From: Massalongia carnosa
Lineage: Eukaryota
DNA length: 64,000 bases
Assembly (NCBI GenBank): GCA_965645245.1
Contig: OZ287088.1
Location: 868,001 to 932,000, forward strand
Reading direction: 5' to 3'
The notes under the pieces are model-generated. The model saw only the letters and a program-made list of their open reading frames with translations. It made no database searches and had not been told where the DNA came from. This document shows positions 50,180-60,769 of this stretch, one piece after another; the stretch's first letter is position 1; each line of letters opens with the position of its first letter. The position numbers and the translations under genes were made by a program.

Positions 50180-52860
50180 TCCTCTTGTGTGCCCCATCAA
50201 CACGCACCAACTGCCTCCTCTGAGCCTGCTCTTGCGAAGTAGAAAATAAACCAAATCCGCGTGATAACCGGAACTCCGAACCCTTAACACCCATACTACT
50301 TAAAGAGGCTGGATAAAGATCGTGCTAAGCTGCCGATACCAGATCTCATCGGGTTAAACGCACCTGGCACCACAGACGGACCCCCGGAAGCTCTAGGAAA
50401 CACATCCTTTTCATCCCGGTTGGACTCATCTGCATAATCGACAGCTCGGAAGACGATAGATTTGCGGCCAGAACGGTTATTGATAACAGCGTAGGAACCA
50501 TCTATCCGATGGCCGTACTGCAGATCACTCGCTCATAGAAACTGAGAGCCCAAAACCAGCTAATGGTTGGCAGAGTCCACTTAAAATATAGGCTGCATAG
50601 TCCGCAATCCACCAATACAGAGCTCCACCTTGGATAGACTCCGTCGAGGTTTTTCTTATGACCAGTGTGAGAAACCAAACCAAGATTGGGGCTAGGACTA
50701 TGAGTCGGGAAGTCATAACGTTCACTTCGGCGCCAGAGTCTAGAAGTGCAGTAGCCTTGCAAAGGCCTTCCAACCGAACCGGAGCCTTCGGGATAGCAAG
50801 TGAATACTATGCCTTCGAAACTTGACCGCTTCCCATCAGCAATTCATCGTCAAGTGCTATAGAGCTGACACGTGCAACGGGAGGTTCCTGTTTAATTGGC
50901 TTTGAGAACAAATCGCGAACTCTCGGGGAGATGATCCATTACTCAGATAGGTTCATAGTGATAGGCAGTTCTGTAACCCGACGCATCAGGGCATCATCAT
51001 CGATATCCTTTTTCATCATCTCTGGTAGTCGAAGCGAACGCGGCGGCTTCTGTCTTGCCTCAAGTTTTGGCACGACTTCGACATTTTCATCTTCTTTCTT
51101 GAATTTCTCTCTAATATCGGAGACCGAGAAGGTACCGTTCTTCGGCTTGCTGGCCTTTGGTGCACTACTCTTGAATGTGTGCCGGGGTTCTTTCGCTTCA
51201 ATCATCTCCGTGTCTTCCTCCACCTCTTGTACCTTCGGTTGCTGCTAGTTTCTAAATCTAGAACTCTTGGGTGTCGGGGGTTTTTCTTCCTTCTCCGCTC
51301 TTCTTTTTAGAATTCTTTTCTCAGGCTCATGAAACTTCGGAGTAGGTGGAGGCCTCTCGCTCATCCTTGCTGCGTTCACAATAGCTTCCTTCGAGTCCTG
51401 TGGGGAGTGTTCTACTACACGAAGCTCAAAGTCTTCATCATTGACTTCATCGTCACTAGATAGCGGCTCAGGTTCTAACTCTCCAACACGCATAGTGTTA
51501 GTTTCCACCGTGGCAGACGGTGCAGAATATTGACTTTTCTCCTGCTCGGCAACACAATGGTGCTGTGAACGATCTAACCTCATTTATACCGGTCGGGCCC
51601 CTGGATTTGGAGGTCCACGGCAGACCTTACTCTCGAACTTCAAATGAATGCAGCCGCTAGCCATGTCGGCTCTATATTCAGGATAACGCCGGCGTTAACA
51701 CTGGTCCGGAACCCAACAATAACCGCACTTATCCCTGCGACGTCCACTGCCATCAAGACCCTATGAGTTGTGGAGGTACAAAGGAATTGGGAGGCGGCTG
51801 GGGGTAGGAAGAGGAGGTGGAGGCTGCGAAGACTGAGCGGGTAGGGAACCCGTCATGAAAGAGTTGATACGAGAAGCCGAAGGAGCATGTATAATGTGCT
51901 GGGTGTTGGTTTGTATCCCGGAATTCAATGCGCTGTCCACTGATAGCATTATATTTCGAACTCCATAAATAATTTCTTCAACTGCATCTTGCACTATCGT
52001 TTTAGAATCGGGAGAGGTGGGCGACAGGTGGCTGCAAAAGGGAAGAGATAGGCCCTGTGCCAATCGCAGCATTGAACTTTCGGCCATAGTTTATCCGCCA
52101 ATGCACTAATGTTCTTCTGGCGACGGTCCGTCAACATCAGCTCTTCCAATCGTCGGCGCTAGGTTCAGCACATGTCGAGAAAGAACTTCCAGATAAGCAG
52201 GGCTTCGCTTTCGGGGTCAACGCCATATCGACTTACTAGCTCAGTGCGCAACGCTTCCGGCAATCCTTGAAGAAACTATAGACTCTGAGTGTAACGGTCG
52301 AGCTTGTTGGCCTGTGCAAGTTTTTGGGAGATGGCCGAAAAACGGCGACAGTAAAGTGGGATATCATCATCTTCAGTGCGCAGTTTGTCCTAGAATGCCT
52401 CCTAGAAACGACGAGAGTTGACCTGCTAGGAGGTGTCATTATTGCGGTATTCCTGGCACATGGCCCTCTGGAGCTCTTCTCAGTCTCCAGCAACAGACTC
52501 TGTCATAGACTTGATATTTTGTCCAATGATGCTCTCACAGTACCATGGGAGACGGCTTATGACTTGATCTTCGGGGAAGCGATAATCTTGACACAAGCAA
52601 ATAGCGGTCCAGGAAGTCGGTAAAGCTCGCTCCTTCGAAGAAAGGCGTTCCTGGTGAACCAGGTAGGACATGGTAGCGTACCAACGAGGAACTATAGCTC
52701 GCGGAAGGAATTCTAGATTAGTGGAACGATCAAGAGTGACAGAGGACTCAGGAGTCTCGGTTTGTATCTCTTTTCGCATTGAGTGCAGCTCGAAGGGTTC
52801 ACTACTGGACATAGTCTCACCATCCAACAGTTTAGCCAGTGGGTGTTCATAAAACACCCA
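50180..52860 (-). pseudogene. Decayed Gypsy-type gag-protease region
   Basis: ATALLDSGAEVNVM aspartic protease motif; gag-like fragments (RLPWYCESIIGQ); many frameshifts. Confidence 0.7.
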
Positions 52861-52961
52861 CGATAGATAATGATCGAAACTATTCCCTTCTAAATATTCG
52901 TATCATGCACCAAGTGATCAGTTCACCTCATAAGGAGGGACAGAATTTTGATTGCTGATGG

Positions 52962-53314
52962 TTAGCCCTCCATAAGCAATTGCTCATGAGAAATGGGCCT
53001 TGTGTTTGGCTGTAATAGAATCTTTGGATAAGTCTGTTCCAACTTGGATAGCTTCATAGAGATTTTTGCAGTATCTTGGGAGTCCTGCTCATTAGTATTA
53101 TGCTTGTTGGTGAATGTATTTCTCTGCAAACTTGAATTATCAGCGCTGTGATTAAACAAACGTTTCGTCGAACCCAGTCCGTGACGCGAGATATTGGATT
53201 CCTCGAGACGTGATCCATCTCGATCCAAATCTGGATCTTTGATGGTATCATCAACGGATGGGTCAAAGGCCGAAAGTGGCATGACAGGAGATGTTCATCT
53301 TTCATTTTCACCAC
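52962..53314 (-). pseudogene. Truncated host-gene relic (LLQPxTRPISHEQL motif family)
   Basis: ILLQPNTRPISHEQL followed almost immediately by a stop; motif recalled from a fungal protein family, not verified. Confidence 0.4.
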
Positions 53315-54777
53315 CTAGGTTTAGGATTATGGATTCGTTACCACTAGACGATGGCTTCGATTTCATTGCGTATCAGTTAGACAACTAGTTTTGTTTCTTG
53401 TGATGTAATCTCTTTCGCGAGCTGTTCCTGTGATGGCGGTGATCAAGAGTATGGAGAAGTACAATTTCTGGATAGATAAACGTCGCTACAGACTGCCTTG
53501 TGTGATGTGGATGCGTCTGGTAAGACAGTTGCGGGAACCTCCAGAAGTCTGAGGATGAGCACTAGTACCCCAGCAGCTTCAGAATCAAGGCCATTCCGTA
53601 CAGCTTGAGGAGTAGGAATGGGAGATCAAGCGGATTATTGACGAACATACAGTAAAGGAGGCAGGAACTGAATTGGTGACAAGATATAGATTACGCTGGG
53701 TCGACTCATGGCTGACAACAGATGAACTGGTTAACGACCGGAACTGTTACGAAAGTACAAGGCAAGAGGCGGAGCACAACACAGACCCAGGCGAGGCAGA
53801 GTGACCCAGAGAACGAATATATATTCGTAAGGAATGCATTGGGTGTAGTTGAACTACTTCCGATCCGTATACGCAACAAGGATGCAGTCTATCAGGATCA
53901 CAACCACGCCGATGTAGGAACGGATAGGCGAGATTATGACGGCGGAACCTCGGAGGAGGTACGTGCATTGGTATTGGTCACTGCGGTAAGAGTGGTCGTC
54001 ATTGCGACAGTGGGGTTACCATGTATGATCGATCAGCTTTATGGTGGACGCTCGAATAAGGGCTACTCCTGTGAACTAATTCGTCGATAATGACTTTCAT
54101 TTTTGAATCCACGGGATTTATTTTAGTTGTGGATTTAAGTAGAATATCAGTCTATTGAAATTTCTTCCAGTGCCATGATGCTCACTGGTAGCTTAGTCCT
54201 TCTGTCGTCTTAAAAATCTCCCAGCTACCGCAACAACCTCATCTAACGTTATGACGAGAGCCTTGTAAACCAACCGTCATTATGAAAACGCAAGAAACGC
54301 TCAGACTCCAAACAGGCACTCATACATTCTGAAAGTAGGATCGCCCGAACTCATGTACGAGACTACAATTAGATGAGATTTCAAAGAAGCTCTTCATTTC
54401 TTGCCACTATGTTGATTGATTGATTGATTGATTGATTCATACACCGATCCAAGGGCCGAAGGCCCTTATGCGGGAGTACTAAACTACATCGGGGGGTGTC
54501 CCAGGGGATTGGTATCTAAGTCTGCTGAGGGCAGAATTGCTGCACTAAGCGCTGAAAGTACAAAAAATACAAAAACTCTTTTAGCTGTACAAGGGGTTGT
54601 GAATGCAAGGAAGAGGGAAAAGAAGACATGAACAGAGGGACAAACCGCTTGAGACAAATCGATAAATAGAACTCCAACGCCACCCTCCTGGGCCCCTGTG
54701 CTTGGTGTTGATACATGCAAGCCCTACCATGGTAGAGACTATTCTGTGAGCGGGATAAAACAAGAGCCGGCCTGCCG

Positions 54778-57700
54778 TTAACTCGTGGATTGTTCGGTTG
54801 CTATCCTCACGTCTCCAAATTGGCCGAGGAGACGTGAGGATAGCATGAATTTGGATGCTGCCTTGGCCAGTCTGGGGGTGCTAAAAATTTCTTGGAGATC
54901 GAATACCTTCCGGCCTATCCAGATAGTCTCCATGCGCAATCGATGGTGCCTGACGCACTCCAGAAGCACATGGTGAACTGTTTGATAACCGAAGCCGCAT
55001 GGGCATTCGCCCGTTTCGGTGCGGCCTATATCTGAGAGATACTTGCGTAGACCAATCTTACCTGTTCTCATCTGCACCAGGGTGGAACTCATTGACTTGT
55101 GAAGCCCCTGGTAGAGCTGCAAGACCTTGTTAGTGGGCTGGGGGAGGAGCTTTTTCGTCATCTGTCCGCGTTTTTCTGCCTCCCAATCCCCAGCCCATTC
55201 TTTGCTGATCATTGTCCTCATGTTGCGTTTTATCGCCGACTTCACTGTGTGTCCGAGGAAGTCGAAGTGGGTGATGGAGGGACTCTGGCCAGGTTCTAAC
55301 CAGCCTGATGCTTCTTTTGCTGCTTGGTCTGCTATCTCGTTGCCTTCTACTCCCATATGCCCAGGTATCCAGCAGAGTCTGACTCTGGCCTGCATCTCCC
55401 GGCATGCGTGGAGTTTTCCAATGATCTCGCGTAGTATGAACTGACCTGATTGAGTTCCGGGGTCGGCTACTGATTTGATGGCTGATTGATTATCTGCAAA
55501 AACCGTTATTATCTCCCCTTGCCATCGTGCAATAGCCGCCGCCAGTCCCAGGTCGATGCCCACTAGTTCCGCGAGGTAAACTGTGGCTTCTTTGTTCGTT
55601 CCGAGGCGGGTTCCTACCCGTGTGTTGTCGCTGGGGATGACTGCTGCCGCACCAACTCCGAAGGGGTTATCACTCCCATCCGTGTATATGACTATTTGGT
55701 TCGGCTCTGATGTCATCTTGTCATGCTCTTTGATTGCTTCCTCTTTACTGGAAGCAATGTGCGTTTCGGGGGGAGACCACCATGGTTCCACTATGAATGG
55801 AAGAATGACCTCTAACCGCCAGGGTTGAGGGCATTTCCCCGAAGTCATTAAGCGGGACTCTAGCTTAGCTAGAGGGCTCCAGTATCGATAGTGGGAGTCC
55901 GCTTGGCTTGTCCAGGCGCGGATCTCACGTATTATGGCGTAAAGGGGGCTTGAACGTATGCGCAGTAGTGACTCGTTCACTGCCTGCTCCATGCGTTGCC
56001 GGCCAGGCAGGAGGTGAAGCTCCATATCCAAGGCCGGGCCCGAGGTTGTTCTAAATGCCCCTGAAATGATCAGTGCCGCCCGTCGCTGAATAGATCTGAC
56101 GGCTTTGAGCACGGCGGTTGCTTGCGTGATAGTCCCGTATCCGCCCTCGGGAACATACCATGCAGAGCATCCAAAGGTGAGTTGCGGTAGTATGGTGGCT
56201 TGATAGATCCTTCGAAGGCTCGCAAGACTGGTGCCCCATGTGGAGCCCGCAAGGCTGCCTAGGGCCCCCAGTCTCTTTGAGGTTTTGGCTTCCAGTTTCC
56301 TTAAATGGGCGTGCCATTTGAGCTTGTCGTCGAATGTGGCGCCCAGGTAGGTGGCGGTATGCTGTGGCTTGATGGTTTTGCCCGCTAGGGAGATAGCTCT
56401 CTCTGGGGGGTTCAAATCCGTCTCTGAGGGTCCTTTGATAAAGTGCAAGAGCTGGAATTTGGCGGGGGCAAATTTGGAGGCGTGTGTGTCCGCCCATTTC
56501 TGCTCTCTCGTCATGAACGAGGCTTCGAGATTTCTACAGTTCTGTTCTGCTGAAGTTCCAATAATTAGTTTGGATATGTCATCGACATAGCCCAAGTTCA
56601 TCTTTTTGGGCCCTTCCTCTTCCATAAGGTCGGCGTTGTAGAAGAGATAAAGAATAGGAGATATAGGGGATCCCTGAGGGACTCCAAAGTTCGTGGTGAA
56701 TGGTTGCGAGGTGTAGTCGGGCATGGCGATGGTCGTTTTCCTTTCCTGAAGGAAGCTTTCGATCCATTTAGCTATGTTGCCGCCTATTCTTCTCTTCCGT
56801 AGGTTGTGCAGTAGTCTTTCGTGGGATACGTTATCGTAAGCACCCGAGATGTCCAGCATGAGCACTGTGGCCACTTCGTTGTTAAGCCAGGCTGCGTGGA
56901 TGGCCTCTAGGAGCAGATGGAGGGCGTGTTCGGGTGATCTAGCTCGCCTGCCGCCTATATGGAGTCTGGGGAGTAGGCTCTCGGTCTCCACCGCGTGATT
57001 GATTCTGGTTGCAATGATCTTCTCCATAGTCTTACCTAAAGTGTTGAGCAAGGCTATGGGTCTGTATGAATTCGGCAAACTGTAGTCGGCCTTAGCTGGT
57101 TTTCTGAGAACCACCGTGGTGGATTCTCTGAAAGCATTGGGGTGATGACCCAGTTCCCAGCTGGCGTTATACAGAGCTACAAGTGTGGGCATGATGAGCG
57201 GTAACACATCTCTGAGGATTCTATTAGGCAGTCCGTCGGGGCCTGGGGCCGAGAGTGGTGCTGCCTTTGTGATGGCTTTAGTTATTTCCCGAGCTGAGAT
57301 GGGAGCAAATTGGATTGGCTCTGGATAGTGATAATCGGCGATGTCTTCAAGATTGGTGGCGTCCGGGATAGGAAAAAACTGTCTGCGAAGCAGTTCAGCC
57401 TTGCCCGAGGCCTCCGTCACTTTGGAGCCATCGCTTTTCATTAGGGTTGGGGTGAAGGCTTGGAATGGGGTCGACCTGTTCTTAGCCCATTTCGCAAGCT
57501 TCCAGAGACCATCTGGAGTGCTGGTGGCCTCCTCTACCCTGTCCCTATGTGTTGTCTTAAGAGCTTTTTGTACGATTTTGTTTTTGCTGTTTCTCGCCTC
57601 TCGGTAGGCTTCCCAGTCTTCCAGAGAGCGCGTTTCCTTATGCTTGCGCCTGAGACGTCTGCATAGGGTGACTGCCTCTTTGCATTCCGGGGTAAAGCCA

Positions 57701-58632
57701 GGTTTTGAATGATTGCACCCTCTAGAAAGTGGGACTGCTGTCTCCACTGCGTGCTGGATAGCTTCAACTAACTCATGGGCCAAGTTGTCGAGTTCTTGAA
57801 CTGTGCTCACGCTCCTAGGTGCCGGGAGCTTGTCTGTCATCGTGTCTAGTAGCTTTTTCCTATCAGTCTTAGACCACATGCGAGAGGACCTTATGGCCCT
57901 CTTAACTGTGGTGATATCGAATGCTGTGCCAATGGGGTAGTGATCTGAGTCACAATCCAACTCTCTTCTCACATCGCACATGAGTACGGCTGAAGCCACT
58001 GCGGGGGTTGCGAACGTTAAGTCTATCGTGCTCTGTGCTGATCTATGATCGTATGTTATGGTGCCAGGGGGGAGCAGAAGTTCTAGCTCGCTTTGATCGA
58101 GAATCTCCAGTAGTTGGTCTGCCTCCGGGTGTTGATGATGGTAGTCTTCGCCAGTCCATAGGGGATGGTGAAGATTGAAGTCCCCTACCACTATGTGTTC
58201 TCCCTCCACCTCTAGCGCCTTGCTTAGGTCTGGCAAGGTGCTGTAGTTTCCCTGAGAGGGGGAGGGATTGTAGATGTTATGGATATTGATGACTCGCTGG
58301 GTTTCGCCAGGAAATTCCAAGTGCAAAGTCATCAGATCGGGAGAGTGGAAGGTTACCTTCCAAGAGGCGCTTGCTATGTCTTTGTTAACGAACATGCATA
58401 CTCTCGGAGGGAGCTCTTGTTCTCCTGTTTCGGGGGGATAGAGAAGGTGGAAAACATTTTTGACCGGATTGTGCGTGGTGTGTTGATAGGGGTTCCCCGC
58501 CCAGGGTTCCTGGATGGCCAGGATGCCGTATTTCATGCTTTCCTCCCTGCGAAGGAAGTCCGCCATGACAGTGTTCTTGGATTTGTTGCAGTTGTACTGA
58601 AGTATGGACAGATAGTGGGTGTATTCACTCAT
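54778..58632 (-). CDS. LINE ORF2: APE endonuclease, RT, RNase H, C-terminal Cys/His motif (1284 aa)
   Basis: QYNC, IQEP, GDFNLHH, SDH; GVPQGSPISP, YVDD; YTDGS, WIPGHMGVEGNE; CPCG...HVLLEC. Confidence 0.97.
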   Translation of the reverse strand: MSEYTHYLSILQYNCNKSKNTVMADFLRREESMKYGILAIQEPWAGNPYQHTTHNPVKNVFHLLYPPETGEQELPPRVCMFVNKDIASASWKVTFHSPDLMTLHLEFPGETQRVINIHNIYNPSPSQGNYSTLPDLSKALEVEGEHIVVGDFNLHHPLWTGEDYHHQHPEADQLLEILDQSELELLLPPGTITYDHRSAQSTIDLTFATPAVASAVLMCDVRRELDCDSDHYPIGTAFDITTVKRAIRSSRMWSKTDRKKLLDTMTDKLPAPRSVSTVQELDNLAHELVEAIQHAVETAVPLSRGCNHSKPGFTPECKEAVTLCRRLRRKHKETRSLEDWEAYREARNSKNKIVQKALKTTHRDRVEEATSTPDGLWKLAKWAKNRSTPFQAFTPTLMKSDGSKVTEASGKAELLRRQFFPIPDATNLEDIADYHYPEPIQFAPISAREITKAITKAAPLSAPGPDGLPNRILRDVLPLIMPTLVALYNASWELGHHPNAFRESTTVVLRKPAKADYSLPNSYRPIALLNTLGKTMEKIIATRINHAVETESLLPRLHIGGRRARSPEHALHLLLEAIHAAWLNNEVATVLMLDISGAYDNVSHERLLHNLRKRRIGGNIAKWIESFLQERKTTIAMPDYTSQPFTTNFGVPQGSPISPILYLFYNADLMEEEGPKKMNLGYVDDISKLIIGTSAEQNCRNLEASFMTREQKWADTHASKFAPAKFQLLHFIKGPSETDLNPPERAISLAGKTIKPQHTATYLGATFDDKLKWHAHLRKLEAKTSKRLGALGSLAGSTWGTSLASLRRIYQATILPQLTFGCSAWYVPEGGYGTITQATAVLKAVRSIQRRAALIISGAFRTTSGPALDMELHLLPGRQRMEQAVNESLLRIRSSPLYAIIREIRAWTSQADSHYRYWSPLAKLESRLMTSGKCPQPWRLEVILPFIVEPWWSPPETHIASSKEEAIKEHDKMTSEPNQIVIYTDGSDNPFGVGAAAVIPSDNTRVGTRLGTNKEATVYLAELVGIDLGLAAAIARWQGEIITVFADNQSAIKSVADPGTQSGQFILREIIGKLHACREMQARVRLCWIPGHMGVEGNEIADQAAKEASGWLEPGQSPSITHFDFLGHTVKSAIKRNMRTMISKEWAGDWEAEKRGQMTKKLLPQPTNKVLQLYQGLHKSMSSTLVQMRTGKIGLRKYLSDIGRTETGECPCGFGYQTVHHVLLECVRHHRLRMETIWIGRKVFDLQEIFSTPRLAKAASKFMLSSRLLGQFGDVRIATEQSTS

Positions 58633-60317
58633 AGTTCCTCTTCTGTCTGAGTACTGGGCTGCAAGCGACGGGTTGCCGATCTGGTGGTCATTGAAGAACT
58701 ATCGTCGTTCTCCTTATCGCTCAAGACCTCCACAGCCTTCGAGGAGGGTTTCTTCTTTCCCTTCTTAGAAGCTGCTTGTGCCATGCTCCTGTTGGTAGAA
58801 CTGGGGTTGTCTGCCAGGGGCTCTACCTCCGCATGCGCCCGCTTCTTCCCCTTGCGGAGAGTTGGCACGGTTTGCCAATCTTTCTCTCGTACAGAGCCCG
58901 TTCGAGGGCCCTGTTCCACCTGGGTTGAGGCTGGGGTCACCTCACTGCTTGTCGTGACCGTCGGCGTGGTCGATGCCGGCGGACTGCTCCGTTCTTGTTC
59001 CTGACCATTTAGGGTCTCCCTTGAGGAGGCCCTGAGAGGCCAGAAGGGGAGAGCTTCTTCTTTGGCTCGCTTCATTCGGGCCTTTTCCTTCTTTCGCTCC
59101 GGGCAAGACTCTGCGCTTGCCCCGTGGCCCTCCTTGCCACACGCATTGCATTTGAGAGTGACCGATTTGCAATCGATCATGTGGTGACTTTCGGAACATT
59201 TGAAGCATGTTTGATGCTTCTGTCGGCAAGCATGGCTCGTGTGACCATACTTACCGCACCGGAAACATTGCCTAAGCCTGGCCTCCGGAACATGTCTTTC
59301 CACCGCGAAAGATCTCCCATCCAAATATAGCTGCGAGGCCAAAATGGCATTGCAGTCTAATTCGTTCTCAAAGTATACCACCATGGATCTAGCTGTGGCT
59401 CCTGCCTTACTCGTGCGGGACAACCATTCTACTCCTGTTACCCTATTCCTAACGGGCATATGTGACTTATTTTCCTCCCAGAGGCGTTCCTTGATGTCTG
59501 TCATGCTTAGATTAGCCGGTACAAAGTGCGCGATTAAGCCGAAGCTTGGCTGTATTATAGTAGCTTTGCTCGATAGCCTGATGGCCCATCGGGTGTCTTT
59601 TCTTAGGCGTTCCGTGTCTGAGGCGTTGTTGAGTATTACCTGTAGGTCTCCGCTAGGGAGGACCCTTGCTGCTATTGCTACGGCTGCTGCCTTGGCTGTG
59701 CCATTGGAAATAGGGGGGGCGGGAGCGTTTTGATTGGTCGGAATTCTCGTGTTGTTATGATCCTTTAACGCGTTAGATATTGCCGCGTTGATTCTGTCTT
59801 TGAGCGCTGAGGAGGCCAGTTTGGCCAGATCCTTTGCTATAGCTTCGTTGTTCAGTTTGACGACGATTTCACGAGCTTTCTCTTCTAGTATAGGAGCGGG
59901 GATGGACGTCCCCGAAAGCGTAGAGATCGTTGGGGCCGAGGCAGCAAAGGCTGCCCGTTCTGCCCAGGTTATCGTCCTCTTGTAGCCAGTAGTGGCCGCG
60001 GAGGAGGTAGTGGGTGTTGTGCGGACGGTGTCTTGCTTGCGCTCGACATAGGTGACTTTAGTGAGCGTTTGCTCTGTAGTGTTCTTTATTTGGTTGATGG
60101 TAGCTTGGAGCTGATCCATTGTGGGCTGGTTGCGCATCTTCTCCAGTAGGCTGAGCATACTGGAGAGTAACGGGGTGTAAGACTGAACCTTCATAGGTCT
60201 TTGCTTCTGATATGCCTCGCAGTTAGTTAAGTTATTAAGCACATTGGTGAGGAAGTGACGATGCTCGTCTAGTGAATCGGGGGGGGCGTCGTTGGGCACG
60301 ACAAAAGAGCTTCCCAT
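58629..60317 (-). CDS. LINE ORF1 Gag-like protein with three zinc knuckles
   Basis: QCFRCGKYGHTSHAC, CFKCSESHHMIDC, CNACGKEGH...C; first ATG at 60317. Confidence 0.93.
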   Translation of the reverse strand: MGSSFVVPNDAPPDSLDEHRHFLTNVLNNLTNCEAYQKQRPMKVQSYTPLLSSMLSLLEKMRNQPTMDQLQATINQIKNTTEQTLTKVTYVERKQDTVRTTPTTSSAATTGYKRTITWAERAAFAASAPTISTLSGTSIPAPILEEKAREIVVKLNNEAIAKDLAKLASSALKDRINAAISNALKDHNNTRIPTNQNAPAPPISNGTAKAAAVAIAARVLPSGDLQVILNNASDTERLRKDTRWAIRLSSKATIIQPSFGLIAHFVPANLSMTDIKERLWEENKSHMPVRNRVTGVEWLSRTSKAGATARSMVVYFENELDCNAILASQLYLDGRSFAVERHVPEARLRQCFRCGKYGHTSHACRQKHQTCFKCSESHHMIDCKSVTLKCNACGKEGHGASAESCPERKKEKARMKRAKEEALPFWPLRASSRETLNGQEQERSSPPASTTPTVTTSSEVTPASTQVEQGPRTGSVREKDWQTVPTLRKGKKRAHAEVEPLADNPSSTNRSMAQAASKKGKKKPSSKAVEVLSDKENDDSSSMTTRSATRRLQPSTQTEEEL

Positions 60318-60769
60318 GGTTGCCACAATGCAGCCACAACAGAAGGGACGATATAACTTTCGGCCAAGATAGCTACAGAGTCGGGGAGCAATTCTACGTG
60401 ATCACAATGACTATTGAGGGCTTGTATGGGTAACGAATGCAATTTCTAGTGCTAGCTAAAAAAGTGCGAAAGTTTGCTTGCCACTATGTGATCTTTACCT
60501 GTTAGTTACTAGCTCTGCCGGTCGAAGATCCACCGTTGTAGTGGCCGCCGGACAGTTATTAGGCGAAGTCTGCACGTGATCAACGCCGAGAAGAAACGAG
60601 CGAATGAATGCTGCCAGTAACTCCAGGTGTCAGCCGCGCTGGCCTACCTCCTCGGCCTCGTCGAGCTGATACTCTCTACAACCCAGGAGCGGCCTTGCAG
60701 TTGTGTGTGTACACGAGTGTCTACTGCACGTTTATCGTCAAACCCAGCACCTCCGCTGAGCCTCGCATT

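Larger units (their letters stand above)
54413..60476 (-). mobile_element. Full-length intact Tad1-clade LINE with RNase H
   Basis: 13-bp TSD CTTGCCACTATGT (54400-54412, 60477-60489); (AATC)6 tail; two open ORFs. Confidence 0.96.

Noticed and set aside
60608..60769. Upstream in-frame ATG extending the NLR N-terminus
   Set aside because: The typical family start is MDGVSGAASVIA at 60770; the extension has no recognisable motif, including no amyloid signalling motif
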